Positions 11,401 through 25,700 of a stretch of 64,000 nucleotides of DNA are shown one piece after another. The notes beneath the pieces were generated by a model. The model was not told the origin of the DNA and made no database searches. It saw only the letters and a list, made by a program, of their open reading frames with translations. The DNA is from Oculina patagonica (taxonomy: Eukaryota). The DNA is taken from positions 16,492,001-16,556,000 of the forward strand of contig NC_135762.1 of the NCBI RefSeq assembly GCF_052425735.1. Direction: 5' to 3'. Within the stretch, counting starts at the first letter, position 1. Each line of letters opens with the position of its first letter. Both the position numbers and the translations under genes were made by a program.

Positions 11401-14400
11401 TCCCTAGAAATTCTATTTGCCGATGCTCAGCCGAGTGAAGGCGAAACCCAAGACAACTCAGATATCTCCATGAAAACGGACGAAACTGATTTTGGCGAGA
11501 AAACTTCACTGCAGTTTCTATTTGACGAGTCTCTACACAACCAAAGTACGGGAAATAACTCCACATCGCAATTCACTCTTAAACCACTCAAACCTGATCC
11601 ACCGGTTGTTTTGGCGCCAAACGGTGGCCAATCACGTCACTTCTACAACAGATCGTACAGCGCCGACTTCTACCGAGGAGATCCGGAAATGGCAATCGAG
11701 CCGACAGTGTTAAGGCGGCGACACGTGTCCAGAATTCACAAGCGTTCAGGCGATTCGGCGACTGCTTTGGTTGGTCATGTTGTGCTTCAGAAGAGATCCA
11801 AACAACCGGGTCCTGAGGGAACATCAGGGGTGGGGAGGGGAGAGGAGACGAGAAGGCGAACAAGAAGAGCAAACAGTGTGGCGTGCACACAGAGTGACAA
11901 CAACCATGGAAGAAGAAGGAAGCGGACTGCTGACAAATTCAGCGGAAAGGGCGGCCGAAGAAACTGCTGAGAAAATACTGTAATACAAAGTAGGTCGATA
12001 TTATTGGACGTGTTACAGTGCAATCTGGTATAGTATAGAATCCATAACTGATGCTGTAATATATTTGCAGGCCTTTTTCGTAGTGGCTCTCAAGCTTTAC
12101 GTCGCCCATTTGATCTCGTGGGCTCTTCTTTTACTCGCCACACTAATGTACATGCTTTTTTTTAAAATAAAATCAAAACTAAATCCTCGACGTCTCCAAG
12201 TCGTGAGTTAATAAGAATAATACAATTAATAACTGTGCGAATCTGAAAAGCACGAACACTTTCATTTGACTTTGACATGTCATTCGTGCCGTTTCCAAAT
12301 TAGGTGGTAGATTAAACCACAGGGATATTGACCGTTAAGCTTTCGCGTTTTCCTTCTCGCACCAATTTTGTTCTCTCTCGCGACACAAAAGTCAAGTAGC
12401 TTTATTTTAGATGACGGTTTACCTTTAAAGCTTGCTGTTTGTGAACCGTTTATATAAAACAAACTAACACAAAAAGTGGCTAGGAATACTGACGGGAAGT
12501 TATTAAATCCGAGGAGTTGAACTCGGGACTACCAAGTACAAATCCAGCTAGTCAGGGCAGGGAAGAGGGTTTGAACCCGGGAGCTCTTGACTACAACCAC
12601 TCGGTAGCCATGATACCTATTCAGTTTCCTAGCACTACATTAATTATTGACTTACCAGTAGATAATGTACCATATCCACCGAACAGTACATTAGCCAAAG
12701 ACCGATTCATAGCCTTGCACATGATATAGGACAGGATACCTCCAGAGAAGCCAACAAGAGCTCCCACGATGGTGAGCAAATCGTTGTTCAACATGAACCC
12801 CTCTGCACAGAGAGCCCAGCCACTGTAGCTGTTGAGAACAGTGATGACCACAGGCATGTCAGCTCCACCGATTGATGCTGTCATGTGAACACCCATGATG
12901 GAAGACAGGGTGGCAGCGGTACCTGCAATCCACAACATCATAAAGGAAGTTAAATCATTAGTTGTACCACATGACACTACAAACTCATATTCTCTTTAAG
13001 TACCGTTGTTGTTTTCCCCTTCCCAATGATGTTTATTGCAATTTTGATATCAAATCTCAAATATCAAGAGGAGCACGGACCGCCAGGTCTGTCCAAACAA
13101 ACATGTCTTCTACTGCAGCTTGGAGACAAAATTATTATGAACATGTCAAGTACGTTCAGTACCAGCAAGATTTCCGCACTCGATCTCTGCGCGTTTACTG
13201 TGTGATGTGTGTGCATGTCTTTTTTATGCACTTATTTTTAAGCATTCATTATTTTTTTATGACTGGCCTTACTTGCGTAGTTTGTTTCTACAACCGTGAT
13301 TAAACAAAGTAAACAAAACGTACCGAGTGGCTGACAAAAACTATTCTGATTGGTCAAATGATGTTGCACAAAAGAGTGATGGACCAACAGAGCAGTTTCA
13401 TTAAAATTATTTTATAGTACGCAGATGGTTTGAGTAGAGTAACTGACTGTTTGAAAGAATCCTTCTTTAATTACTTCAATTTCGTTTAAAACATAGCTGA
13501 CTTCTCCAAGCAAAGAACAGCGACGAAGCCGACGCTATTTGTCGGCTGTCGGTCCTTATTGAAAGCACTAAATAGAGCAATAATAAAAAGAAACAAATCA
13601 TTAGTTGGATGACTGCAACAGACGATCGGAACGCCCTGACCTCGGTCCGAACGAGAGCGAGAGGGGAGCAATGTCAAAATGGGTGAGACGGGGAGAGACG
13701 CACGGCCGCGACCTCGGCGAACGGAGAAGAGGCGGAGCCGCACTGAGAGGGACGGAGAGAAGCGCCACGACAGAGAAAAGACTGTTTTGCTGTCTATTAC
13801 TTTGAAAACACATTCCACAAATTTTCTCTTTATTATCATTATTAGAGGGCCTTACCAAGCATAGGTATCCCAACTGCAGCACTATCAGTAGCCATATACC
13901 AACCCATGGCTCCAACATTAGCCAGTGCCATAGCGATGTTTAGTTGGTTCTTGAGTGGTAGATTGAGCGCTTTGGAATCAAGCAGGCCGTGAAGTTTTCC
14001 AAAGGCCACCAGGGAGCCTGTAAAGGTCACTCCACCAATATAGGTGCCCAGAAAGATAGCTGCTTTATGGACATTCCCTGCGGGGTCATCAGCAAAGAGA
14101 TCCACATCAGCCAGGTACTTGGCAATGGCTGTAAGGACAGCGGCTAAGCCAACAAAGCTGTGAAATGCTGCAACAAGCTGTGGAAGATCACTGACTGCAA
14201 TGCGGCTGGAAATGATGGCTCCAATGGTGCCACCCACACCCATCATAGCACCCATCTGTGTCAACACGTCAGTGGAAGGTGCCAGGGCGCCAATAGTGGC
14301 AGTCATACCCGTACCTATGCCGATAATTCCTAAACACAATACAAATGAGAACTGAGTTAGAGTAGGCACTGACAGTATCAAAGCTAGCCTGTCCACACTT

Positions 14401-17400
14401 GGGTTGAAGGAAAAAGCTGCCTGCTGAGTACTCAGGCTTACATTATTACATTTTCTCAAATGTTTTCTTGAGATGCTGGACAGGACAATTTTTTTTAATT
14501 AACAGACACGTTAATTTGAGACATTGTTTACGTGAGACAACTGCTCTTTTGTATCTCATACATGTAGATGAGGTCTTCCCCAGATACACAAAATTTGGAT
14601 GAATGTCCACAGTGGATGAATATACAGGGATTTTTTTGTATCTTTTAATTATTTTTTACAACATTCTACTCATAATTAACCAAATATACAGGTGCGGTTT
14701 TGGAAATATCCTTGCAGATGAAAACCAAATACATTAATTATACCAGTAATTTATTATTACAGTTGAAACTCTCTGTACAGACACCTCTCTAATATGGCCA
14801 CCTCTCTATTACAGACAATCCCCGATGTCCCAACAAAATTATCATACTTTTCTTTAGAAAAACCCTCTATAATATGGACCCTCTCTATTACGGACAACGG
14901 ACACTAAATCTCGGCTTCAGGGAACAAATTCACATAAACTTAACCTCTTTATTACAGACACTCCGGTGATCAAGCGATGATATTTTGTGTTCGTAATGCA
15001 ATTTCCTACTTGTGGTTACAAAAACATCAACGTAACGCTTTATTCATCTTAGACGGACATTTTCAGATTTATGCTTAGTGTAATTGTTTTACCAGCAGCA
15101 TTGTGTTGCAGAACATTTCGAGTTACTAAACACTTTAAGCTGTCAATGGAGTCAAAAGTGACGTCATATATATAGTGGCGACCTCTATAACACGAACACC
15201 TCTCTAATACAGAGACTGCTCTGTCCCTTCAGTGTCCGTATTAGAGAGGTTCAACAGCGTTACTGTACTTATCATCTCTTATGTAAAGCGTTGCAGAAAA
15301 TCTTACTTGAAAGTTATTTCAAGCTCAACACTGGGGTATGAGCAAGTTAATTTTGGTCAAATTGGCTCAACAAAATCTTACAACAATATTTTGGTCAAAA
15401 AAGAAACAAGAAGGCCAGACTCTCCCTCCAACCCTCCATTCATGTAAACTTGTGTATGTGCGGATCTGCCATTAATTGCAAATGTACTCAACAACAGCAA
15501 ACACTTCCTTAAGGACCAAAATAAAGATGCTTTATTCATTTAATTAACTTACCAAGAGCATTTCCTTGTCTTGATGATGTCTGAGTTGAGAGGCCAGCCA
15601 GTGCACCGACACAGCACAGTGATGACACCAGGTATGCCATCTGATCAATATCAGGATACCCAGCCATTTTACCTGCAGCATACCCACCTAGGACAGCTGC
15701 CCCAGGAACAGCATACAGGTATGTATACTCAGGAGGGTCCCCTTTGGGAAAGAAAATTCATAATGATTATTTCATCAAACATGGGAAAACAATTAACAAA
15801 TCACTGTAGATTCACAATCACAAAACTACTGTAACCAGAGTTACCACATTGACCTCATTTTAAAACATGGTTGCCACAGACATTAAGTCTGGGCCAAACA
15901 AGGATGACAGTTGATGAGAGTTGTGAGTTTTTGCTAACTCTCGTCAACTATCATCAACTTGGTCCAAACTAGAGAAAACACTCATAGAAATCTCGACTCT
16001 CATAGAAAATTCGAGCATGTTCAAAGTTGATGAAAGAAAAAGAGAGGTGACAAAGAGGTGGGGAAAAATGAGAAGACGGGAGGGACAACAAAAATTGTCC
16101 AACGTTGCGAACGCCCCCCGACACCAGAGAGAGAGAGGGAGACGAGGGAAGAGAGGAGAAGAGGGAGGAGAAGGAAGTGGGACGACCACATGGAGAACAC
16201 ACACCGAAGGACAGACAGCAGAGCCGAGAGACGAAAAACAGCGATGGGACGGACGGAAGGAAGGACCGACGCCGGGGCCCGGCCCCGAGGGAGGGGGGGG
16301 GGGGCCCAGGCGGAGAGGAGGGCGACCGGAGAGGGAGGGCGGGGCCGGAAAGGGGGGAAGGGGGGGGCCCGCGCGCGCGGGATGACCCAACGCGCACAGA
16401 CGCGGGAGAGCGGGGCCACCGGGGGGAACCCCGGCCTCCGGCCCTAGTGACAGCCCTGAGAGAGTCGATGAGAGTGCACTAGACTTCGGAGTTCCATGCC
16501 AAACGAGAGCGAGTTTTAAATTCTCATCAACTCTCATCCTCGTTAATGGCCCGGGCTTTAGTGTTCAAAATTCACTGACTTTTCCCTGATAAAAATAAAA
16601 TTTCTCTGACTAAATAAATACAAAATGTCAGATACAGTAACAGCAACCTCCACTTCCACAAAAGACAGCGCTGTGATCACACTGACCTGAAATGTTTCTT
16701 CCAGCCTTTAGTAGTATTAAGTCAGGTGTTTCAGGTATCTCAATTTTTTCTGACTCCTTTTCCCAAAATTATAATGTCAATTTTCTCTGACTCAAAAATA
16801 ATATCCACTGATTTTTTTCCTGAACTTCACAAAGAATTTTATTATGCCCTGACCATTTCCTGGCCTAATAATGGCAACCCTGCAAATCTGAAGCAGTTTT
16901 TTAACCTTGCCAATTATCTGTCACTTACTAGCTTAGGAAACAGTAATACATGGCTGCAAATAACAGTCAGTCATCGGAAATTGGCCGACCAAAATTTGCT
17001 CTTGTCCGACCATATCCTAAGTGTGGTCGGACATGATGTCAGACAATTTTTTGATCGTAAATCATTTTACGGCAACTGTAAATGAAAATCTCTCCGACCA
17101 AAATTTTGTTTTGTCCGACCAAGATGGTGTCTTAGTAGGACGTATGTCCTTTCAAGTGAAAAAATTATTTGCAGGGCTCTGCTACCTGGTAATAGACCGA
17201 ATATTGGCACTGGGCATTACCTGGTCTCCTGAACATATCCAACATGCGCTTAGTGATAATGAATCCACCAGTAATGTTGATACTGGACACCAGTGTTGCT
17301 ACCGCAGCCAATGAGGTGGCAGTGTTGTTGGGAAGTACCCCTCCCCCCATTAAAACCAACCCTCCTGCTGCCGTGATGCCTGATATGGCATTAGTGACAG

Positions 17401-20400
17401 ACATGAGGGGAGAGTGAAGGGCAGGGGTCACACCCCAAACAACTTTGTATCCAATCACGCCAGCTAGAGAAAAGGTGGTTACCATGGTTGCAAAGGCAGG
17501 GTTTGGTGAAACGATTCCAAGCGCCAGGAGAGAACCTAAGCCAGCTGTAAACAAAACACATCAAAGAATTGCTTAATGATTATTGGCAAATTACATAAGA
17601 GAAGCATTTTTTATTATTATTATTCTCTTTATTTTCTAGATGCTAATTGCTAAATACAAGTAGAAAATGTTCTAGACAACACGGCAATTTCCTAGCCAAC
17701 TGAAAATTTAAGAATCTAACCTTCAACACTTAAAAACTTTGCTTTCTTAGAAATACCATACTGATTATCTCAATGCTACGATTCTACTAATGTCCAGCAA
17801 AATGACAAGTAAGATTAGTTCTGCTCAACCACTACCTTTTGTTTGATTAAAAACTTCTTATATGTACTTGTACTTAATAATTATAAATATGCGTTAAAAA
17901 GATAACAAAACAAGTAAAACAGCACTTTATTAAATGGAGTCGTTGCAATATAATATTGCTTCATACTTGTTGTAAGACCAGTCTCCCATGCTGCAGCATT
18001 CAGTGGCGTTTGCTCTGGTGGTTTGACAAGTGCTTTTGGCTTGGGTGGGGAGGGTGGGGGTACTTCTGATGGAGGAGGTGGCCACATCATCTTTCCATCT
18101 TGAAGCACAATAGAGCCACGGACCACTTCATCCTTGAGATCTATGACAAACTCTCCTTTGCCTTTCTCCCCCATGGAGAAGAGATAGTTTTTGAGGTTGT
18201 TGGCGTACAGAGTACTTGACTGAGTGGGTAGACGACTTGGAAGATCAGTATATCCAACAATCTTTTGAATAGAAAAAAGTCAGGTTGGTATCAAAGTGTA
18301 AATTAAACAGAGACAATCAGTTGCTTACTCAGACCAAGTATACCTGTCTGGGCTGCTACTAACCAAAGTACCATAGAAGTTTTTTAAAGCCCCTTGAGGG
18401 GGAGGGGGGGGGGGGGTGGGAAGGCTTACACTGTATTTGAGACCTTTGAAGGAGGGCATAGAGAAGGGGACACAGGACTTACATTTAGTGAGAGAGAGGA
18501 GGGCACAGGGTGAATTTCAAACCAAAATCAAAATCAGTTTATAGGGGACATATTTATATAAAAAAAAATAATTTATATAAAAGTAGATTTTTATTGCTTT
18601 AGTGATACTTTAAGTGTTCACCTGATTCTCACACAAAGTAACAATAAAAATTAAATGTTAAAGATGAATACCCATAAGTATGAAAGCCTAAAATTACCTT
18701 GTTTTCTTGTTGAAATAAAAGCCATCTACCATCAAAGGAGGGGTTAATAGATAAGGGGAGGTGGGCGTATTAGAGCTTTTACTGTACTTTGATTTTTTTT
18801 TAACCCGAAATGCTACAGGTTGTAAAACAGTAATTTACAAAAAGAGTCCAAAACTGTGTTTCATGCATGTCCACTTACGTTGACACCATTGTGATTGTAC
18901 AGTTCCCCAGGCTTGGTTAGTTCACAATTTCCACCAGCCTCGGCAGCCAAGTCCACAATGACTGAACCTGGCTTCATTGACTCTACCATCTCCTTTAGAA
19001 TCAGTTTTGGAGCAGGCTTTCCAGGGATCAGTGCTGTTGTTATAACAATGTCTACTTCCTTGCACTGTTTGGCAAATAAAGCCATTTCAGCTTTTATGAA
19101 CTCTGGAGACATCTCCTTTGCATAACCGCCACCACCTTACATTGAATAAAATAGAAATGCCATCACTGTTTATGTGGGAAGTGTATGTGGCGGCCTAATG
19201 GTTAGTTTCCTGTCTGCTGGACTCAGGTTCAAGCTGTCTGCGTTTAAGCCCTGGTGGGGGTCATAAATGCACCATGTTTTTGGGCAAGACACTTTACGAC
19301 AACCAATATACTCTTGCATAAACTGTAACTACAGTCAAAATACTCAGCACGTTCCGCCTAATATTCCGGAATAGTTTTGATTAACGACGAACGGATTGCA
19401 TTTATTCATTTCAAATATTCAAATTCAATTTGAATATTGTAAATCATCCAACCGTAAACACGTGAACCTGTCCAAAATAAACCAATTTGATTGGTTAATT
19501 TTTGACAGGTTCACGAATTCACATGTTTACGGTTGGATGATTTACAATATTCAAATTGAATTTGAATGTCTGAAACGAATAATGCAATCAGTTTGCCGTT
19601 AATCAAAACTATTCAGAAATATTAGGCGGCAGGTACTGTGTATTTGACTGTAATAACATGCTTGGGAATATGGCTACGCATAATTAACTCTGTAAATCGA
19701 GCTTGTCGCTCTGCGCACAGAGAAAACAAAATTTAATTCGCCTACAACGATCAAAATAACTCGTTCAATTGATTCGATCTCTTTTTAAAGCTTTCAACAT
19801 GCTCTTTATTTATTTATAAATATAAAAGTGACAAATACATTGCGAAAGACTTAAACCTGCAAAATATCTGTAGTGGTTACCGGATGTTCACAACTCCATT
19901 CAAGGTAGCTTTATTGCACTATTATTCTGTTCTTTTGAAGTCACTTCGGTGTCTTCTTCCAAAAAATCTCACCTTTTTAGAAACAACATGTTTTTGGTGG
20001 CTACCCTGGAAACTTATACCCAAAGGAAAAAAATGGAGCCTTCAGGCTACAATTTCCAGCGGTTTTGCCCATTTCAGAAAGACACAAATAAACCGGTGTG
20101 GTGTTGTAATGATTTGGAATCCTGTAGAACATCATTACTATGGGAATCACTAAAACTAGAGAGGGTTTTACGAGTGTCGAAGTTAATTGCGTTTGCTTTG
20201 GTTTTGCATTGCTACGCTAGTGATTGGCATCTCGGCCACTTTCTCAGCCTAGACACCACCTCGTGCCGGGCCGTTTTCCTGCGTTTCGTGAGCTACATGT
20301 ATTGCAGTGATTGGTTACTGGATTGTCTGTGTTCTTGTGATGGCCAGAGTAATTACTTGATTTTGGTATATGACACTCAATTGAAAACTGCTCTATTAAC

Positions 20401-22758
20401 ATTACTTGGTTACAGGAGGTTCAACCATCTTGTTTGAATCACAACTCACCTTCACCAGACTCTTCAATTCCAGTGATCTCTAGAAACTCTGCTCCAAGTG
20501 ATTGAACCTGTTCCTTTACAGCTGCACGTGTATCAAAGCCACGAACAATGGCTCCCATGTTTCTAGCTGTAGCAATTGCCGATAAGCCAGCAACTCCACC
20601 ACCTGATTTTCATTAAAAAAAAGCACCAATAAATTAAGACAATACAGTGGAACCCCGATATAACAAACTCCATAATAACAAAGTCTCTGGTATAATTAAC
20701 AATTATCCGGTCGGAATCGCGAACTAGCCGGAGGCGGCGAGGGCTGACGAATCCGAAGATGAGGGAATTGTTACAACAAATGTCAGAAACACATTGCAGA
20801 AAGAAAAACTGTATGCAGCGCAGACGGAGCCGCAACCTACGTATATCGAGGATATCTGTTATGTACGGATGACAGATTCGTTACTTTTGACCATATATGG
20901 GCAGCGCGCGCATCTGTTGAATAATAACAACTGATATTCTTCAGAAGCCAAAGCTTAAAATCCACCCTGATACAAATCTCATGTCCTGACTAAAGTTCAA
21001 TGTGAAATAGATTGACAGGGTTAGAAATCCTTTAATCCTAATATTGAGACTGTAAGTTTTCTATCAACACCTCACTGTATGCTGCCAGAGGAAACTTTAG
21101 TGCCATGCTGTGCATTGCAACCAAACATTGTTTACTTTTAAGGCAAAACAAACAATCATTATTAATAATAAATTGTTAACTAAAACCTGATATAACAAAC
21201 ATTTTGTTCTTTTTCCACAAATTCGTTACAACAGGGTTTCATTCCATTTATAATGAACCTGCACTGTACCATTCACATTTTCCCAGAAGAGGTGAAAGAT
21301 TGACAAGGAGGATTTACACGTACATTGTGAGGAAATCCTGTTCCACACCTTAAACTCATTGTTCAACATCTCATTGTACCAGATAATAAAATACAATTAA
21401 ATTATACACAAAATACACATGCTCACCTATGACAAGAATCTTTGCTGGAGGAACTTTTCCTGCAGCAGTGATCTGACCAGTAAAGAATCGGCCAAACAAG
21501 TTTGCCGCTTCAATAACAGCCTTGTAGCCTGCGATGTTTGCCATGGAGCTCAGAGCATCAAATGATTGAGCACGGCTTATCCTTGGAATACAATCAACTC
21601 CAAATGCTGTTATTTTCTTTTCTGCTAAGACATCTAACAAGTCTTTGTTTTGGGCTGGGTAAAGAAAACTGATGAGTTTGCCACCTTCCTTCATAAAATC
21701 AGCTTCATGGACACCTGAAAGGTTTTTCTGAGGTGGGCGTACCTGTAAGTATAAAAAATATCTAGTGTTACATGTTCATAGAACAGGAAATGTATAATCC
21801 AAACCCTGAGCCCTGAGTGATATTGTGGGAAGTGCAGTAGACCTATGGTGCAGGGACACAGGGATGTGGCTACATGTAAGCCCAGGGGGTACTCCGGCTG
21901 TAAATGACGGGGAGACGAATGGAGGCAAAACTCAAGACCCAAAAATCCCATCTTCCGACAACCCAAAAGAATCCCTGACCAAAAATAACCCCCCAAAATC
22001 CCTTTCAAACCCCAACGGATATAACACAAAGAAAACATAAAAAATTGAACACTCGTGTTTTTTATTTATCATACCATAAATATGCCAAGGCACTAAGTTC
22101 GTTTTAATACCCAAAAAAGTCACCCAAAAAAATTCTGCCCAACCCAAAAAAATCCAAGAATAAAAATTCAAACCCAAAAAAATCCTTCGATCATCCCCGT
22201 CTTTACAAGCCAGGGTACCCCCCTGGGCATGTAAGAAAACACTAAGCTGGCTCATTAACTGGGCTTGGCAGCTCTAAAAGTTTACAATCAAGTCTCTGTT
22301 TTCATGTGAAATTTCAGCTGGATTTAAGTTCTCTTTCAGCCGGTGAAATTAGCTGGCAGCAGGCCCTTAGCAACAACCCTGGGAAAAAGCACCTGGGGTT
22401 GTTTGAGCCCATAAAGCCTGAGGGTCACTTTGTTCTGTCCCTAAGCAGGACACTTTACTCCTACACCTGTAAGCCCTCCCCACCAAGGTATATACAAGGG
22501 TACCAGGCAGATTTACCATTAATGCTACAATTGACAAGCATCCCATCAAGAAGGAATAAAAACACTCCTAGTCACTTCATAGTACAGATCGAACTAGAAA
22601 ATATTCCAGTGGTATGCAAATTGGAATGCATTGGCCTGAAAGATATAGACTTTACCTGTGTGATAATGGATAGAAAATGGATTGTTTGCCTGAACACCCT
22701 TTTATCTTAGTTTCCATTGGGTGTCCAAACTTTGGATTACAATCATTACATTAAATTA

Positions 22759-22793
<35 letters not shown>

Positions 22794-25700
22794 AATCTTT
22801 ATTTATCTGGAGGTAAAAAAAATCCATCATAGGTTGTTGGTTGGAAATTATCTTCACAAATCTAAACCTTCTCACCTTAAGAACAATATCTGAACTAAAT
22901 GCTTCCTTGGCTGACTTGACCTCTGCTCCAGCGGCAATGTAATCAGAATCAAGAAACTTGGCTCCAGTACCAGCCCCTGCCTCCACTACAACTTTAAAGC
23001 CTTGTTTGATGAACTGCTTGACCGCGTCGGGAGACAGAGCAACTCTTCTCTCGCCTTCATGAATTTCCTTTGGAACACCAATGGTCAACTGATCATATGG
23101 GACACCAGTAACTGACTCTGGAACTGATTTATCTGTAAATCATGAAAACAATGATTTCTCAAAAAGCTATAAATTTTTATATTCACCATTTCAAATATTT
23201 GTTACAAGATGTACAGCGTAGTTAAAAAGTCAATATAGTTATAGTTGCTTATAACTGAATTTTGCCAATTAAAAGTAACATTATTGACTTATTCTACTAC
23301 ATTTTTTCTGTAATTTAAAAGGCCCTGCCTCAATTTAATTATTAAGCACCCCACCCCTACTCTTGGAAAGCACTCAAGTGGAAATTATGCCGACCCCTGT
23401 CTTTGTGATTGTCCTTGTTTTAATTGGCTGAAGTCCTGCACAAGCAGACTTGTTACAGGTTAACCAGCCCACCATTGATTAAAATAGAAGTAACTTGAAA
23501 AGAAATCCGGACTACTGTAGTTCAGCAGTATGGGTTTCTTGTGATAATTACCTTTTGCCTCATTGGCGCAAAATCTTACAGTTCCTGCCAGAAGCTTGGG
23601 ATAGAAATGACAATCCTAAAAACACATCAAGTTCTGTCATTAGCATCAAAACTCTCATTCCCATTTATCACACATTATCTATTTCTCTAGTGGTGAGAAT
23701 TTGGTTTAAAATAAAAAAAACTGAGATCATTATGAATTTCTTTCACTTGGCTATCTTTCTATCCTTTATCAAAAGCAATCCAAAATAAGAAGGTTCCAAA
23801 GCTACACCCCTCATTTCTTTTAGTCTCAAACTAAATAACTCCTTTTTCTCCAGTCACACTGGACCACTGAAGTTCATGTCGCCGAGTGATTATTAATATA
23901 ATTTTTTTTATTAAAAACCTACATTTTATCCACAGATTTCTAAGACCTTCAGTACATATAATCAACATTACTGGCGAACAAAATTCAATCTTACCTTAAA
24001 TGTGGAACATCTTGGTGAACAAGTTGTCCTTCCATAGCTACCTAATACACTCTTGGTTCCTGAAAGTATGTTTAAGAATGTTACGTGCAGTTCAGTCTAT
24101 TTTTGCTCATGTACAGTACTGTGCAAAAGTAATGCAAACGAAATTCGTCGAAATTCGCAACTTTTCGGGGCTTTTCGACGAAAAAATTGCGAAATTTCGT
24201 TCGAAGCGAATTTTCGGCGAAAAAGTAGCACTTTTCGTTTCGTCTATTGTTTTAAACGTCGCGAATTTTCGCGAGCATATTTCGCTTGCCTCGAAATTGA
24301 CTTCGAAAATTCGCTTTGTTCGAAATACACCCTTCGAAATTTCGAGCTCTGTTTTCGCTGTGTTCGAATGTCTATTGGCCTTTTCTAAAGCTATGGCTCT
24401 GCCCTGCTTCATGACTATAAAGAATGTCTCTTTGAGGTGCTGCTATTCAAACTAAAGACGATGACCATTGTTTTATGACAGATCGTTTTATTTCACTTTA
24501 AGCATTACCGGAGAAAGCCTTTTAAAACTCGACCAAGCAATTAGCCCCCTACCTTAGTCTGTGATTCAAAGATAAAACTTGATTCCTTCTTTTTCTATGT
24601 TTAAGTGGCAAAGTTTATACTCTTCTTTTCGATCGCACATGTAAACACATCCGCCATATTGAATCCGTGATACTTGAACCCAGGCTTCCACGTGCCGAAA
24701 GCAAGTGTGTCAACATTCAACATGGCGGACAAGTCACATGGCGAGCGTGTGCTGGCGTATGTTTCACCATTTTATTGAGCCACTAGATCGAAGGAAAGAG
24801 TAGATATGGAGGCGGTGAAAAAATTTTTACTTTCTCGATACTTTTGCGTGCAAAGTAGGACCTTTTTTACAAGGTAAGATGTTCGAAAAGTTTCTTGTAC
24901 GATCGACCTGTAAACTTTGTGGTCGCCGCACCATGTGCTTTCACTGATATACCGTAATATGTACAGCTGTAAACAAGAATCTTACTCAAGGCAATTCGTT
25001 TGAGTTATGTGAAGGTATAAATAAAGTTTTCTCACATCCAAAAGAGGCTGAAATGTTTTCAGTAGTAAACCTTTTATTTGTTTAACCCCTGTCTTGTTTC
25101 TTCGAAGTCGGCTTCTGAAAACATTAGTATCGCGCTTGTTTATGTTGCAAATATAGCCTCTACAGTGGTGTTCTTTGAAGTTTTAGGAACTTTCATTTGC
25201 CCCAAGCAATGTTTTAGTTATATTTTACTTTGTCACGGCTCAAATAATTTATTAAATTGTTACGACCTTGATGGAACGCGCTTCGCGTTAGTTTATTAAC
25301 TATGGTCGTGAAAGCTACATGCAGCGATTCGAATTTCGATAAGTCATTGTTTGTCTACCTCGAAAATTCGCTATTTCGAATTTCGCAGTCTCGAATTTTC
25401 GACGAAGTTCGCGATTTTTTCGCGTGGAGCGCAACGAAACATGTCTTGATAATTCGAAGAAATTTCGACGAAAATTCGCGAGAACAAAAAACGAATTTCG
25501 ACGAATTTCGTTTGCATTACTTTTGCACAATACTGTAGTACACAAGGAGTGATGAATGGACCTTCAAAAAATTTGTGTCTTGTCAAATTTTAGCCAAATT
25601 TCAGGGGTCTCATCGTCTAGAATTTTTCTTTGATGCCTTCTCAAAGTCTCGATTTCTTTTTTCAAGGCTAAAAAGGTCTCGGGCTCGCAGAAAAGTTATC

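Noticed and set aside
15944-16537. Overlapping Pro/Gly/Arg-rich ORFs on both strands
   Set aside because: They arise because a T-depleted tract cannot form stop codons; it lies inside a MITE and is probably miscalled sequence.
24000-25586. Mirror-image ORFs ([13 protein letters not shown]) on both strands
   Set aside because: Translations of the TIRs of a non-autonomous element; no transposase motifs.
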